IMG/VR virus record: IMGVR_UViG_3300037424_000495
Coordinates: 64,001 to 128,000 of that record
DNA length: 64,000 bases
Reading direction: 5' to 3' (one strand)
Source: a virus
Taxonomy: Duplodnaviria; Heunggongvirae; Uroviricota; Caudoviricetes
This document shows positions 38,592 to 47,716 of this stretch, piece by piece. A program made the translations under genes and the position numbers. Under the pieces are notes generated by a model that did no database searches, was not told the origin of the DNA, and saw only the letters and a program-made list of their open reading frames with translations. Every line of letters begins with the position of its first letter. The first letter of the stretch is position 1.

Positions 38592-38789
38592 CTAGATTGA
38601 TAGGTTAATCTTTCTAACCTCATATCCATTTACGTTAGTTAGATTATCATTGATGTATGTCCACTCAGTAGGCTTTTTATTTGTGGTATTGTGGTACGCG
38701 CCTACCGGTCCGCCACAAGTTTTAACCGTTATAATTTTCCCTTCAGGGGATTTTATTTCATAAATTTCGTAATTCATGCTATTTTCCAA
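38592..38789 (-). CDS. Small hypothetical protein
   Basis: - strand chain. Confidence 0.45.
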   Translation of the reverse strand: MENSMNYEIYEIKSPEGKIITVKTCGGPVGAYHNTTNKKPTEWTYINDNLTNVNGYEVRKINLSI

Positions 38790-38970
38790 GCATTTTAGCT
38801 TGCCCCACTTGATTACCGTTGCTATCGAAAAGCTTTATAGTGTCCCCGCTCTCCTGCTTTCCATATTCGCGCAGTTTACGCGCTAGTTGTTTTAAAATGT
38901 CGATCAATTCTGTTGTTTGATTATCTTGAAAAGCATCATTAGCAACGTCAATTGATATTTCATATTTCAT
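38779..38970 (-). CDS. Small hypothetical protein
   Basis: GGAGGAG RBS. Confidence 0.6.
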   Translation of the reverse strand: MKYEISIDVANDAFQDNQTTELIDILKQLARKLREYGKQESGDTIKLFDSNGNQVGQAKMLGK

Positions 38971-39126
38971 TGTCTCTCCTCCCGTCTATCCCGCCACATT
39001 GCTAGCCGTTGGTCAAACGATGCAAGCCGCGCAACCAGTTTATTCCGCGTTTCCCTATCAACCGCCATTTCGATCATGCGCTCCACTTTCGTGATAGCTT
39101 CCCCTAGGGAAACCCAAAGCATTTTT

Positions 39127-39324
39127 CTAGTGAGTGGATTCATGGGCAAACTCCTTTCTGATAATCCGGCCGCCTTTGACCGTGATAAGGTCCAACTCAT
39201 TCCCGGCAAGGTCTTCGACACTATAGACACCCGCCGGAAGAACGGATAAAAACAATTCCAGGGTGTCTTCAGTAACCTTGCGCCCAACTAGTTTTCCGGT
39301 TGCTTTTCGAGTGATGTTTAACAT
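39127..39324 (-). CDS. Small hypothetical protein
   Basis: GAGGAG RBS; downstream of promoter at about 39446-39473. Confidence 0.55.
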   Translation of the reverse strand: MLNITRKATGKLVGRKVTEDTLELFLSVLPAGVYSVEDLAGNELDLITVKGGRIIRKEFAHESTH

Positions 39325-39557
39325 GGTTATCTCCTCAGTAGTATCGGGGCGAAATTATTTGCGTTTGAACATAAGCAATTACGATAACCGCAACAGCAAA
39401 AGTTATTAGAGTTGTTATCATGATCGATGCTCCTTTTCTATATTAAGCTTACACCACTTTTGCAGGGATGCAAATAGGTGCAAATAAAAAAGAGGGCAAT
39501 TTGCAAAGAAAAGGAGAATATAGGTGGGCTTATGCAGGTTATAGCGGAATTACACCA

Positions 39558-39818
39558 CTATTGCAGAAAATCCTTGATTGCCTTATACGTATGCTTGATC
39601 TTTAGACGCTTGCAGGTTGCTTTTATTGCCCTGCTATCTTTGTTAAAAGTGTCGGTTTTGATTGCGTTTAACATTCTATTTGCAATGCAATCCACTTCAG
39701 TTATAGCCCAAACGTATTCAAGCGGATATTCCCGCTTGGCGTTGCATAACTCTTGCCGGTATACTTCCGCGAAAAGATCAAACTTTGTAATGTTCATTAT
39801 CCACCTTTTCCAATTCAC
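39558..39818 (-). CDS. Small hypothetical protein
   Basis: - strand chain. Confidence 0.55.
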   Translation of the reverse strand: MNWKRWIMNITKFDLFAEVYRQELCNAKREYPLEYVWAITEVDCIANRMLNAIKTDTFNKDSRAIKATCKRLKIKHTYKAIKDFLQ

Positions 39819-39969
39819 TCAAAGGGCGACAAATTTCAACCCCTGAATAATTTACAATGGCCATAGGTATTGAATACGTGGTCTTGTCAATAGAAATAAC
39901 AATCCCAAGACCAAACCGACAATGCAAAACCGTATCAGCTATTTTAATTGTTGAAAAATCCATAATCAT
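39778..39969 (-). CDS. Small hypothetical protein
   Basis: - strand chain. Confidence 0.45.
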   Translation of the reverse strand: MIMDFSTIKIADTVLHCRFGLGIVISIDKTTYSIPMAIVNYSGVEICRPLSELEKVDNEHYKV

Positions 39970-40156
39970 TGCCTTAAAGAATCAAGGAGGTTAAACGGGT
40001 AGATTCTTTCGTGGTTGCTTTTCCCGCTCAAGTAGCATTGTATATGAACCCGTTGAAATTACTTTCCACCCGGCGGATACTAACCGTTCTGCTTGTTTCA
40101 AGTCTTTTTCTGTTCGGTTAGATACGCGCTTGTATTCATATTTCATTGTCCTACCT

Positions 40157-40753
40157 CTATTTCTTAAACGCCCCTGCTTTACCGGCCGCAACTAGCGCAG
40201 CCTTCAGAATTGCAACATTACCCCTTAACTCTAGCGTTGCAGTATCCCCGCCGGAATTGACATCAACATGCCCATAGCAGTCTTCACCATACCAAGACGC
40301 ATGGGCGTTAGTTGTTTTATCTCCCATGATCTTGGCGAAGTCTTGCGCAACAGTAAACTGTTGCTTTTCCGCTAACTCATTCGCTTGCAATCTTTCCAAA
40401 CACAAATTGTAAAGGCGCAAGTATTCGGGAATGAATCGACGAAGAATATCGGCCGCTAGTTTTTCGGGTGGTCTACCCATCGAAACCGATATTGACGGGG
40501 ATTCCTGATATTTTCCGTCAATGTAAATATCCCGGGGACTAGTCAAAGGTTGCCCTTCGGCATAGGGCCATGCGCCCGAGATATTAAGACGCTTTTTATG
40601 GTCAACATGTAAACAAATTGCCAATTCTCCGCGCTTCCTCTTTGCGCCTTGAATGAAATACCCCGCGCGAAAATCTTCGTCGAAAACATATTTCCAGCCG
40701 GGAAGATGTTCAGCAATAGCGGGGCCAATTTCATATAATAGATCAATACCCAT
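40157..40753 (-). CDS. Hypothetical protein
   Basis: AGGAG RBS. Confidence 0.65.
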   Translation of the reverse strand: MGIDLLYEIGPAIAEHLPGWKYVFDEDFRAGYFIQGAKRKRGELAICLHVDHKKRLNISGAWPYAEGQPLTSPRDIYIDGKYQESPSISVSMGRPPEKLAADILRRFIPEYLRLYNLCLERLQANELAEKQQFTVAQDFAKIMGDKTTNAHASWYGEDCYGHVDVNSGGDTATLELRGNVAILKAALVAAGKAGAFKK

Positions 40754-40758
40754 GATGT

Positions 40759-41133
40759 TTATGCTCCTACCAAACGGTAATTAGGAACTAATTCAGCGCG
40801 CTCTTTTTGCACCCACTCAGGCAAAATAGATAGAATCTGAAACATGAAATTTTCCAGCGCACTTGCTGCGCTCCACTTCTCAGCATCAAAATAATGATGA
40901 TTCCACTTGCCGGAATATGGATTGCAACAAACTTCTTTGGCTCTTGCGGGTTCAGCAAACCTTGTAAAAACCGTGCCGATAGCGTGTTTATAATGGGTTT
41001 CATCGATGAACAGAGAAAGCAAACCGAAATTTGTCTGCAATTCCCATCTTTCATCGTTCTTAACTGCGCCCATTTTGATTAAGAATGTAGATACATTCTT
41101 AATAAATTGGGTTCGATCTTTCTTTGTGCTCAT
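40759..41133 (-). CDS. Hypothetical protein
   Basis: GGGGAGG RBS; NPYSGKWNHH. Confidence 0.65.
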   Translation of the reverse strand: MSTKKDRTQFIKNVSTFLIKMGAVKNDERWELQTNFGLLSLFIDETHYKHAIGTVFTRFAEPARAKEVCCNPYSGKWNHHYFDAEKWSAASALENFMFQILSILPEWVQKERAELVPNYRLVGA

Positions 41134-41544
41134 TACTCTTGACCCTCCCCCAATAAAATCGACCGGTCTTGCGAATCAACGCCGAACACGCGAACAGCGC
41201 CAAGCGCTCTTAGATTACGATACCAATTAAAAACCGGTCCGGATTCTTTGCAATCAATGCGATAATGGAAACCATCCCGGGCAGTACATACAGCATAAAA
41301 AGATTGATACATGATTGATGCCTCCTAGATTTCCTAGATTCGATGCAACGCAACTAACACAGTTAAGAAGGGTAAACCCTGCTTGGCCGTCAACACTTTG
41401 ACAATCCCGCGAACCCCGCAAAGCTTATACATCAAGTAAGGGTGTTGGATAACAGTCTTTTTTGTGATTAAACCCGGCATAGTGTTTCTCCTTCTATTCA
41501 ATCTTACACCACTATTGCAGGAAAGCAAATAAATCCAAAAAATT

Positions 41545-41856
41545 TTATTTCACCAAAAGCACACAACCCGGCCGCATGTATTGCAACGCCCCTTTTAATG
41601 TAGTCTGGGCCGCCCTCAGTATGGTATCTTCAAACACAAAGAATCTATTGTCACCACCCGCCCGCAAGCATTCCTGAATACGTTTGGATTGATCTAACGA
41701 GGGTTTAACGCCTAGGCATTCCATTCCGTTGCTATGTCCATAGATAATAGGCAGATTCACCAGTCTATTGACTGGTGTTTCTGTTGCCTGTGCTACTTGG
41801 TGGATAGTACCACCTTGCCACCCCAACGCCTTGCAGTAGATATCTAATCGTGTCAT
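41545..41856 (-). CDS. Hypothetical protein
   Basis: GAGG RBS; directly downstream of promoter. Confidence 0.65.
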   Translation of the reverse strand: MTRLDIYCKALGWQGGTIHQVAQATETPVNRLVNLPIIYGHSNGMECLGVKPSLDQSKRIQECLRAGGDNRFFVFEDTILRAAQTTLKGALQYMRPGCVLLVK

Positions 41857-41874
41857 TGTTTCACCTCTAATACT

Positions 41875-41903
41875 ATCTTACACCACTTTTGCAGAGAAGT
41901 CAA
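41875..41903 (-). promoter_or_regulatory. Sigma70-like promoter (second family)
   Basis: TTGACT-tctctgcaaaagtggtg-TAAGAT (17-bp spacer); siblings at about 39446, 41501 (-) and 43450 (+). Confidence 0.75.
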
Positions 41904-41957
41904 ATAAATAAATACCGCGCCGAATTAAAGAGATGGATTGCGCCGTAATAATCCGAC

Positions 41958-42969
41958 TGCCTAATAATTAGGCATAACCTGCAAGATACTTAGACACTAG
42001 CGGATTGATAGTTAGACTCTTGAAGGTCAACCACTTACGTCAATTCGTGTTGACGTAAGTTATTGATATATAAATAGTTAGACTCAGGCAGGTTGACGTA
42101 ACTTTTTGATAGACAGACCGTTTAAACGGTCTACGGTTAGAGCGCTGTTTATACGGTTAGTGAGGTGCCTATAAATTAGGCAGCGATTGCACAATAAATA
42201 AGCAGTACAATCGATACAATCAAACGAATCCGAACAATTCCTATAATCGGTAGAACCGGCCTGGCTGTCCCACTCTTTCTATCCTGATTATGCCCTACCA
42301 ACGTAAACCATAGTCGTAAGTAGTTGTGATTACAGTAGTTATATCAATTATAACGTATGAATTGTATCGATTATAACAGCCGGCGGAATCCAGACAGAGC
42401 CGGGTGGGGTCAAAATCGTCACAACCAATCCAACCCTCAAAATCGGCATAACCCGCTGCTCCTATAGATCTGCAGAGGGAAAAGTAAAAGCTGATGACGC
42501 GGCATCGAAATGCCCTCTCCAAAAAGTCATACCGTCCACAGGAGGGATAACACCGCGTACTTGTCTGACGGGAGGGAGGTCAAATGATTACAATGTAAAG
42601 AAAGGTACTAAACATGGGTCAAGCAACAAATCAGTTGATTTTTGGTCAAAAATCTCGAAAAATCTCGAAAAATCCATGTTGTAACCCTTTACAGGGCAAA
42701 GAGTTATGTAAATAGTTAATCAGTTAGTTAATCGCGCTTTTGACGCATCTGCTTACACCACAACAGGTTACGAAAAATAGTTAATCAAGTTAACCGCGCT
42801 TCTATTATCGTTCAGGAGTTAGAAAATTAGTTTAAAGGGCATATAAAATTGAATAGTGAAAAGTAGAAAGATAATGGGCCGGTGGTTAACTTGATTAACT
42901 ATTTTCCGTAACCTCCAAGAGTCTAACGACTTACGTCAAAAGCGCGATTAACTAACTGATTAACTATTT
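41958..42969. other. Palindrome-rich non-coding hub (candidate origin or packaging/terminus site)
   Basis: Perfect 36-bp IR 42710-42745/42934-42969; 30-bp IR 42766-42795/42884-42913; palindromes at 41958, 42033, 42115, 42165. Confidence 0.7.
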
Positions 42970-43020
42970 GAAAACGGCGTCTTCGCAGGTGTTTTCCAAG
43001 GGAGGGGTGTCAAAGTTAGG

Positions 43021-43404
43021 TCAATACTGCCGCGTTCCAGGGCCGCTTGCAGGTAGTGGACCTTCCCAGTTAGTTGGGATGCTGTGGTAAAGATCGAGCA
43101 ATTCTTCGAGTGGACCCCAGCCGGCGTCAGCCGCCAATTCGGCCAGTATTTCGGTCTCGCGGCCGTCACCACCAACTCGAAGGGCCGGTGTGTAGTATTG
43201 CTCACCTGTGGAAAATAGAAAGAGCGTGCCGGTTGGGCGGACGTGAATCTGAGAGATCACGAGACCGGTTTGACGCAGCCGATTGATATTATTGAGCGCC
43301 GTTTGCGGAAGGCCCGTTTCCGTGGCTAATCCCTCGGGCTGGTAGCTGCGGACACCTTCACGAAAAAGTTGCAACATTTCGGATTGGCATGGTATTATTT
43401 TCAT
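43021..43404 (-). CDS. Hypothetical protein
   Basis: 127-aa ORF divergent from the recombinase gene. Confidence 0.5.
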   Translation of the reverse strand: MKIIPCQSEMLQLFREGVRSYQPEGLATETGLPQTALNNINRLRQTGLVISQIHVRPTGTLFLFSTGEQYYTPALRVGGDGRETEILAELAADAGWGPLEELLDLYHSIPTNWEGPLPASGPGTRQY

Positions 43405-43511
43405 AATACTACTTTAACCTCCCTTTGATCAATTTTCAAATTCTTATTTGACTTTACTGCAATTATGTTGTAAGATAGAAGTATGCTTACTAGCATATTT
43501 AGGAGACGCAA

Positions 43512-44249
43512 ATGAAACGCTACGTAGTTTACTATCGGTCTGGCCCCGCTCGTCGTGGTTCCAGGAATCTGGCTGATCAACGAAAATTGGCGCATGACTT
43601 TGTCGCATTTAACGGCGGCACCGTGATACGTGAGTTTATCGAGAAAGAGGTCGGTGACACTCGTACTGACCGACAGCGGCCAGTTTTATGTAAAGCTATT
43701 GCGTGTGCTCAATCTGAAGGAGTAACACTAATCATAGCAAGTATCGGCAGACTGTCCAGGAATCTACATTTTACTACGCTGTTGTTGGAGAGTCATATAC
43801 CATTTCGGTGCTGTGATATGGCGAAGGCGAACGAAAATACTATCCATGTTCTCCAAGCTTTGGCTCGTGATACAGCCCGTGAGATTGGCGACCGGACACG
43901 GCAAGCTTGCGTTGAAGCACGTAAGGAAGGGAAGGGCATTGGATCGAATCGGCCTGGCCATTGGGAAGGTCGTGAACACAAACGTGGCTGGCGGCAAGCT
44001 GTTGCAAAATCCTCACAATTACGGACCCAACGAGCAGCCCAGCAGTATGAATTTCTTTTGCCAGAGATTAAAGCCCGCCGCGAACGGGGTGACACTTTAC
44101 CTGAAATTGCGGATTGGCTGAATCAGACCGGACATACTACCACGGTCGGCAAAGCTTTTACGCAGACGGCTGTGTGGCGGATTATTAAAAGATACCTCGG
44201 CGACGAACTGCTTGGTAATAATTTAAGAAAGTTTGCGGACGTGTCATGA
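43512..44249 (+). CDS. Serine recombinase-family protein with degenerate active site
   Basis: YYRSGP in place of YxRVS; SIGRLSRN; C-terminal IADWLN..G..T..GK.F. Confidence 0.8.
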   Translation: MKRYVVYYRSGPARRGSRNLADQRKLAHDFVAFNGGTVIREFIEKEVGDTRTDRQRPVLCKAIACAQSEGVTLIIASIGRLSRNLHFTTLLLESHIPFRCCDMAKANENTIHVLQALARDTAREIGDRTRQACVEARKEGKGIGSNRPGHWEGREHKRGWRQAVAKSSQLRTQRAAQQYEFLLPEIKARRERGDTLPEIADWLNQTGHTTTVGKAFTQTAVWRIIKRYLGDELLGNNLRKFADVS

Positions 44250-44494
44250 ATAGGGTAGTTTATGTACGCTGGTATGGGCCGCTTTCACCCGCGAGGCAGA
44301 TTATACTCAATATCTTGATTCTGACCTTCGTAACGCTAAGCGTAATTTTGTCAAGTATTTATGCCATAAATATCCCGTGGACCAGTAGCGGGTCACGCAT
44401 GTATGTGGATTCGTGGAAATTGAATGAAAAGAATGTGTGCGACATTTACCAGTTTAACCATGAACAATATGTCAAATGGCTGTCAGAGCAATGA
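44246..44494 (+). CDS. Membrane-anchored hypothetical protein
   Basis: ATGA overlap; TM segment. Confidence 0.5.
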   Translation: MNRVVYVRWYGPLSPARQIILNILILTFVTLSVILSSIYAINIPWTSSGSRMYVDSWKLNEKNVCDIYQFNHEQYVKWLSEQ

Positions 44495-44892
44495 GCAAGA
44501 AGAGTTCGCCCAAGTATCCGCCTCCGTATGAATTCAAGTTTCGTGCTGGACCTTATACTCCACCGAAGATTAGTCCAGGAACGCTTGTACGGGATGAATG
44601 TGCTGGGGATGTGAGATGTGTTGGGATGTCAAGAGCACAGATCTCCTGGCCGGCATATCATTGCACGGCCGGTCGCCGTGTTGGCCCGATGCCGATTCTT
44701 ACCGGCGGACTGGTACGAGCAGTGTGCGAAGAAGAGGAAATTGTGGTCGCTTATTATTGGGGTGTGACTCGCTACATGGTCAATCGATGGAAATGTGCTA
44801 TTGCCGGGGCGCAGGACTCGAATGAAGTTGCTGTAAATTTGGCGTTACTACGGGAAAATAAAGAATTTAGAAGACGCTGGGGATTTAGTTAA
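44491..44892 (+). CDS. Hypothetical protein, possible C-terminal HTH
   Basis: VAYYWGVTRYMVNRWK. Confidence 0.5.
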   Translation: MSKKSSPKYPPPYEFKFRAGPYTPPKISPGTLVRDECAGDVRCVGMSRAQISWPAYHCTAGRRVGPMPILTGGLVRAVCEEEEIVVAYYWGVTRYMVNRWKCAIAGAQDSNEVAVNLALLRENKEFRRRWGFS

Positions 44893-45257
44893 TGACACCT
44901 AAGATGTGCCTTTTCAAGATTCAAAGAACCAATGAACCAATACTAGAAGTGCGGGGAGGATTAGTCGCTCAAGCGACTGGGAGCTATTATTATGTTCAAA
45001 TTATTCAAACAACGTATGGTGGCTTTGTGCTAATAATCGGTGACTACTGTAACGATTGGCAGGTAACTCATCAACCTTCATCTTATACGGGCTTGCTGCA
45101 TCTACTACGCAGTTTTGCGACAGAGCCGACACCGCCCAGTGTTCGGTCACTCATCAATGGTTGGCCGGACTCACCGAAGATACGCCAAGACCTGCTTGAT
45201 ACAGTAGACTCTGTACTTCGAGACGTTGGCGGACAAGTCGAAAGGCCGGAGTGGTGA
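44892..45257 (+). CDS. Hypothetical protein
   Basis: TAATG overlap. Confidence 0.5.
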   Translation: MTPKMCLFKIQRTNEPILEVRGGLVAQATGSYYYVQIIQTTYGGFVLIIGDYCNDWQVTHQPSSYTGLLHLLRSFATEPTPPSVRSLINGWPDSPKIRQDLLDTVDSVLRDVGGQVERPEW

Positions 45258-45282
45258 TAAAACGAGATTTATTTTAATTTTA

Positions 45283-45322
45283 ATTTGACTTTCATCAATT
45301 TTGATGTATAGTTAATATAGAA
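45283..45322 (+). promoter_or_regulatory. 40-bp promoter cassette, identical copy at 47675-47714
   Basis: ATTTGACTTTCATCAATTTTGATGTATAGTTAATATAGAA. Confidence 0.85.
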
Positions 45323-45341
45323 AGAGAGAGAGAGAACAACA

Positions 45342-45395
45342 ATGAAAAAGTTTTATAAACAACGAATCGTGGGTGAGAGACCACATATCCCATAA
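45342..45395 (+). CDS. 17-aa peptide, copy 1 (MKKFYKQRIVGERPHIP)
   Basis: GAGAGAG leader; first ORF after promoter. Confidence 0.5.
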   Translation: MKKFYKQRIVGERPHIP

Positions 45396-45472
45396 AGTTT
45401 TAATTTGGCACCTATCAAATTTGTAGCGTAGTTAAGCAGAGAGAACGAGAGAGAACAAGAGAGAGAACAACA

Positions 45473-45526
45473 ATGAAAAAGTTTTATAAACAACACATCG
45501 TGGGCGAGAGACCACATATCCCATAA
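45473..45526 (+). CDS. 17-aa peptide, copy 2 (MKKFYKQHIVGERPHIP)
   Basis: Duplicate of copy 1 with the same leader. Confidence 0.5.
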   Translation: MKKFYKQHIVGERPHIP

Positions 45527-45566
45527 AGATACTATTACTGAAAACAATCTTTAAGAGGATAATAAA

Positions 45567-45716
45567 ATGAAAATGTACTGTGACGAATGTAAGGTACGCC
45601 TTACTAAACTCGAAGAACTCCATCACTTGTGCAAAGAATGCCAAGTATATGAAGATGTGAAGAATTTTGAACGAATTTTTAAGTTGCCTTCTCAGAAGCA
45701 TACACTGGTAACTTAA
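45567..45716 (+). CDS. 49-aa Zn-finger-like protein
   Basis: GAGG RBS; CDEC...CKEC. Confidence 0.5.
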   Translation: MKMYCDECKVRLTKLEELHHLCKECQVYEDVKNFERIFKLPSQKHTLVT

Positions 45717-45813
45717 TTCAGTTTAAGACTGGTGCCTTAAACCACTCGGCGTGGCCGAGTGGTTTAAGTTCGTTTAGCAACGATTCATATTTGCAAAGTA
45801 GATAATTCCGTAT

Positions 45814-47061
45814 ATGAATAACATCTATGATATTCTTACGTACAATTATGACGCTCTTGTGGAAGCGGTGGCGAAGTTGAATCGGCGTGCTGTGAAACTA
45901 AATTGTCAGCCACTTCGTTTGCGAATTATCCGTGAGTATAAACACGAACGGAAGAGTAGCACTGGAGCAAAGTTTCTGCAAGCACGGATGGAGATTGAAT
46001 TGCTCGGTGAAACGCCGAAATTTGCGGGTTGGAGCCTCTTAGCAGTAGTTGAAATGCAGGAAAATGGCGAGAATTTAGTGCGTGCAGTGCCAGGAAAGTC
46101 GGTTCCCGAGTCTTATCGACAGACAGACACACATTGTGACCATTGCAAAAGTGGCCGTAAACGTAAGGAAGTTTTTATTCTTGCGCACGACGATGGTAGA
46201 GTCACTCAAGTTGGTCGTCAGTGTATCGCGGATTTCCTCGGGCATGTTTCTACTGAGAATCTAGCAATGCGTGCCAGTTGGGAATTCTCGGCACATGATA
46301 GCTGCAATGATGCTGGTTGTGATGATTATTGTGGCAAGCACGGCGAATACCGCCGAGATATTGCTGAGTACATGACGACGGCCGCTGTCGTGATTCGGCG
46401 GATTGGTTGGTGCTCGAATGCAGCAGCTTTTGAGTCTGGTAAATTGGGTATGTCCACATCACAAATAACGTGGACGGTGTTGCTTGATTCACGCAAGTCG
46501 TTTGTGCAAGATTGGATTGCGGAGAATGATCTACATGCTGAGGAAAGAGATGAAAAATTAGCCCAGGAAGCGTTGGAGTGGGCACGAAGTTTACCTCGAA
46601 GTGGTGTTGCAGATTACCTTTACAATCTCGGTGTGGCTTGTCGGCGATCATTTGTCAACTCGAAAATTATCGGACTTGTCGCCAGCGCGATCGTCGCATA
46701 CCAGCGGCATCTTGAGACTGAAGCGGAGTTGAAGACACGACGCCGCCAGAATTTTGAATCGAAACACGTCGGGGAGATTGGTAAGCGTAGAAATTTTGAG
46801 AAAGTCGTTGTACAGCGTATGCGATACTTCGAGAGCGAATTCGGGGTACGCACGTTTATCACCTTCAAAGATTCAGAGAATAACATTTTAATTTGGTGGG
46901 CTTCTAAGACACTCGATGATGTAGAGGAAGGTGATGTTGTGAATCTTCGCGGCACTATCAAGGCACACAATGAGTTCCACGGGATTTTGCAGACTGAGTT
47001 AAATCGTGTAGTGATTTCATCCGCTGATCCATCTGAGATTCCAGCCGCTAAAAGTGCATAA
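45814..47061 (+). CDS. Hypothetical protein with Zn motif and C-terminal OB-fold-like domain
   Basis: CDHCKSGRKR...GRQC; HVGEIGKR...GDVVNLRGTIKAHNEFHGILQTELNR. Confidence 0.65.
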   Translation: MNNIYDILTYNYDALVEAVAKLNRRAVKLNCQPLRLRIIREYKHERKSSTGAKFLQARMEIELLGETPKFAGWSLLAVVEMQENGENLVRAVPGKSVPESYRQTDTHCDHCKSGRKRKEVFILAHDDGRVTQVGRQCIADFLGHVSTENLAMRASWEFSAHDSCNDAGCDDYCGKHGEYRRDIAEYMTTAAVVIRRIGWCSNAAAFESGKLGMSTSQITWTVLLDSRKSFVQDWIAENDLHAEERDEKLAQEALEWARSLPRSGVADYLYNLGVACRRSFVNSKIIGLVASAIVAYQRHLETEAELKTRRRQNFESKHVGEIGKRRNFEKVVVQRMRYFESEFGVRTFITFKDSENNILIWWASKTLDDVEEGDVVNLRGTIKAHNEFHGILQTELNRVVISSADPSEIPAAKSA

Positions 47062-47113
47062 ATCCGACTCTAAAAGTATCGTTGAGTGTTGATTTAATTG
47101 TAGGAGATCAAAT

Positions 47114-47461
47114 ATGCCCAAGATTGAGGAATTAAAAGCCGGTGATAGTGTATTCGTTAAATGCGGTATTGAAACACTGTCTTTAACGCAGGTTGAGCGT
47201 GTGCTTAAAAATCTGATCATTGTAGACGGTGTACGGTATAATCGTAAAACAGGGTATGCTACGGGTGAGCGCACTGCTTGGCTACGTTCTTATATTAGAT
47301 TTGCGGACCCGGAAAGCATTGTAATTTGGGAGGCAAAACAATTTCAACTTAAACTAGCCCATCGTTTTTGTGCGTATGTGGAGGGCAATTTCAATGTTAT
47401 TAGGAATTTAGCGGCTGAGAAACTTATCGCTTTGTTAAAAATTCTAGAGGAGTCAACGTAA
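47114..47461 (+). CDS. Hypothetical protein
   Basis: AGGAG RBS. Confidence 0.6.
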   Translation: MPKIEELKAGDSVFVKCGIETLSLTQVERVLKNLIIVDGVRYNRKTGYATGERTAWLRSYIRFADPESIVIWEAKQFQLKLAHRFCAYVEGNFNVIRNLAAEKLIALLKILEEST

Positions 47462-47464
47462 CTA

Positions 47465-47680
47465 ATGGAGCAACGTAAGTTTATTCGTCCTGCTGGTCAC
47501 AATTGTTGTGTCAGTACAGGTATTCATGGCTACCTTACTTTTGGGTCTGGTGAATTGGATGGTAACGGTTTTTGGGAAAATCCCTGCGATGCGTGTGCTC
47601 GCGCACATGAAGAGCAATTTCCAGGTGAAGATTGTTGGCCGCACACCGAAGAATTTCTAAGAAAATTGCATGGGATTTGA
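47465..47680 (+). CDS. Small hypothetical protein
   Basis: GAGGAG RBS; GELDGNGFWENPC. Confidence 0.55.
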   Translation: MEQRKFIRPAGHNCCVSTGIHGYLTFGSGELDGNGFWENPCDACARAHEEQFPGEDCWPHTEEFLRKLHGI

Positions 47681-47716
47681 CTTTCATCAATTTTGATGTA
47701 TAGTTAATATAGAAGG

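Noticed and set aside
41462-41473. 10-nt match to the sequence downstream of the solitary repeat
   Set aside because: Not significant.
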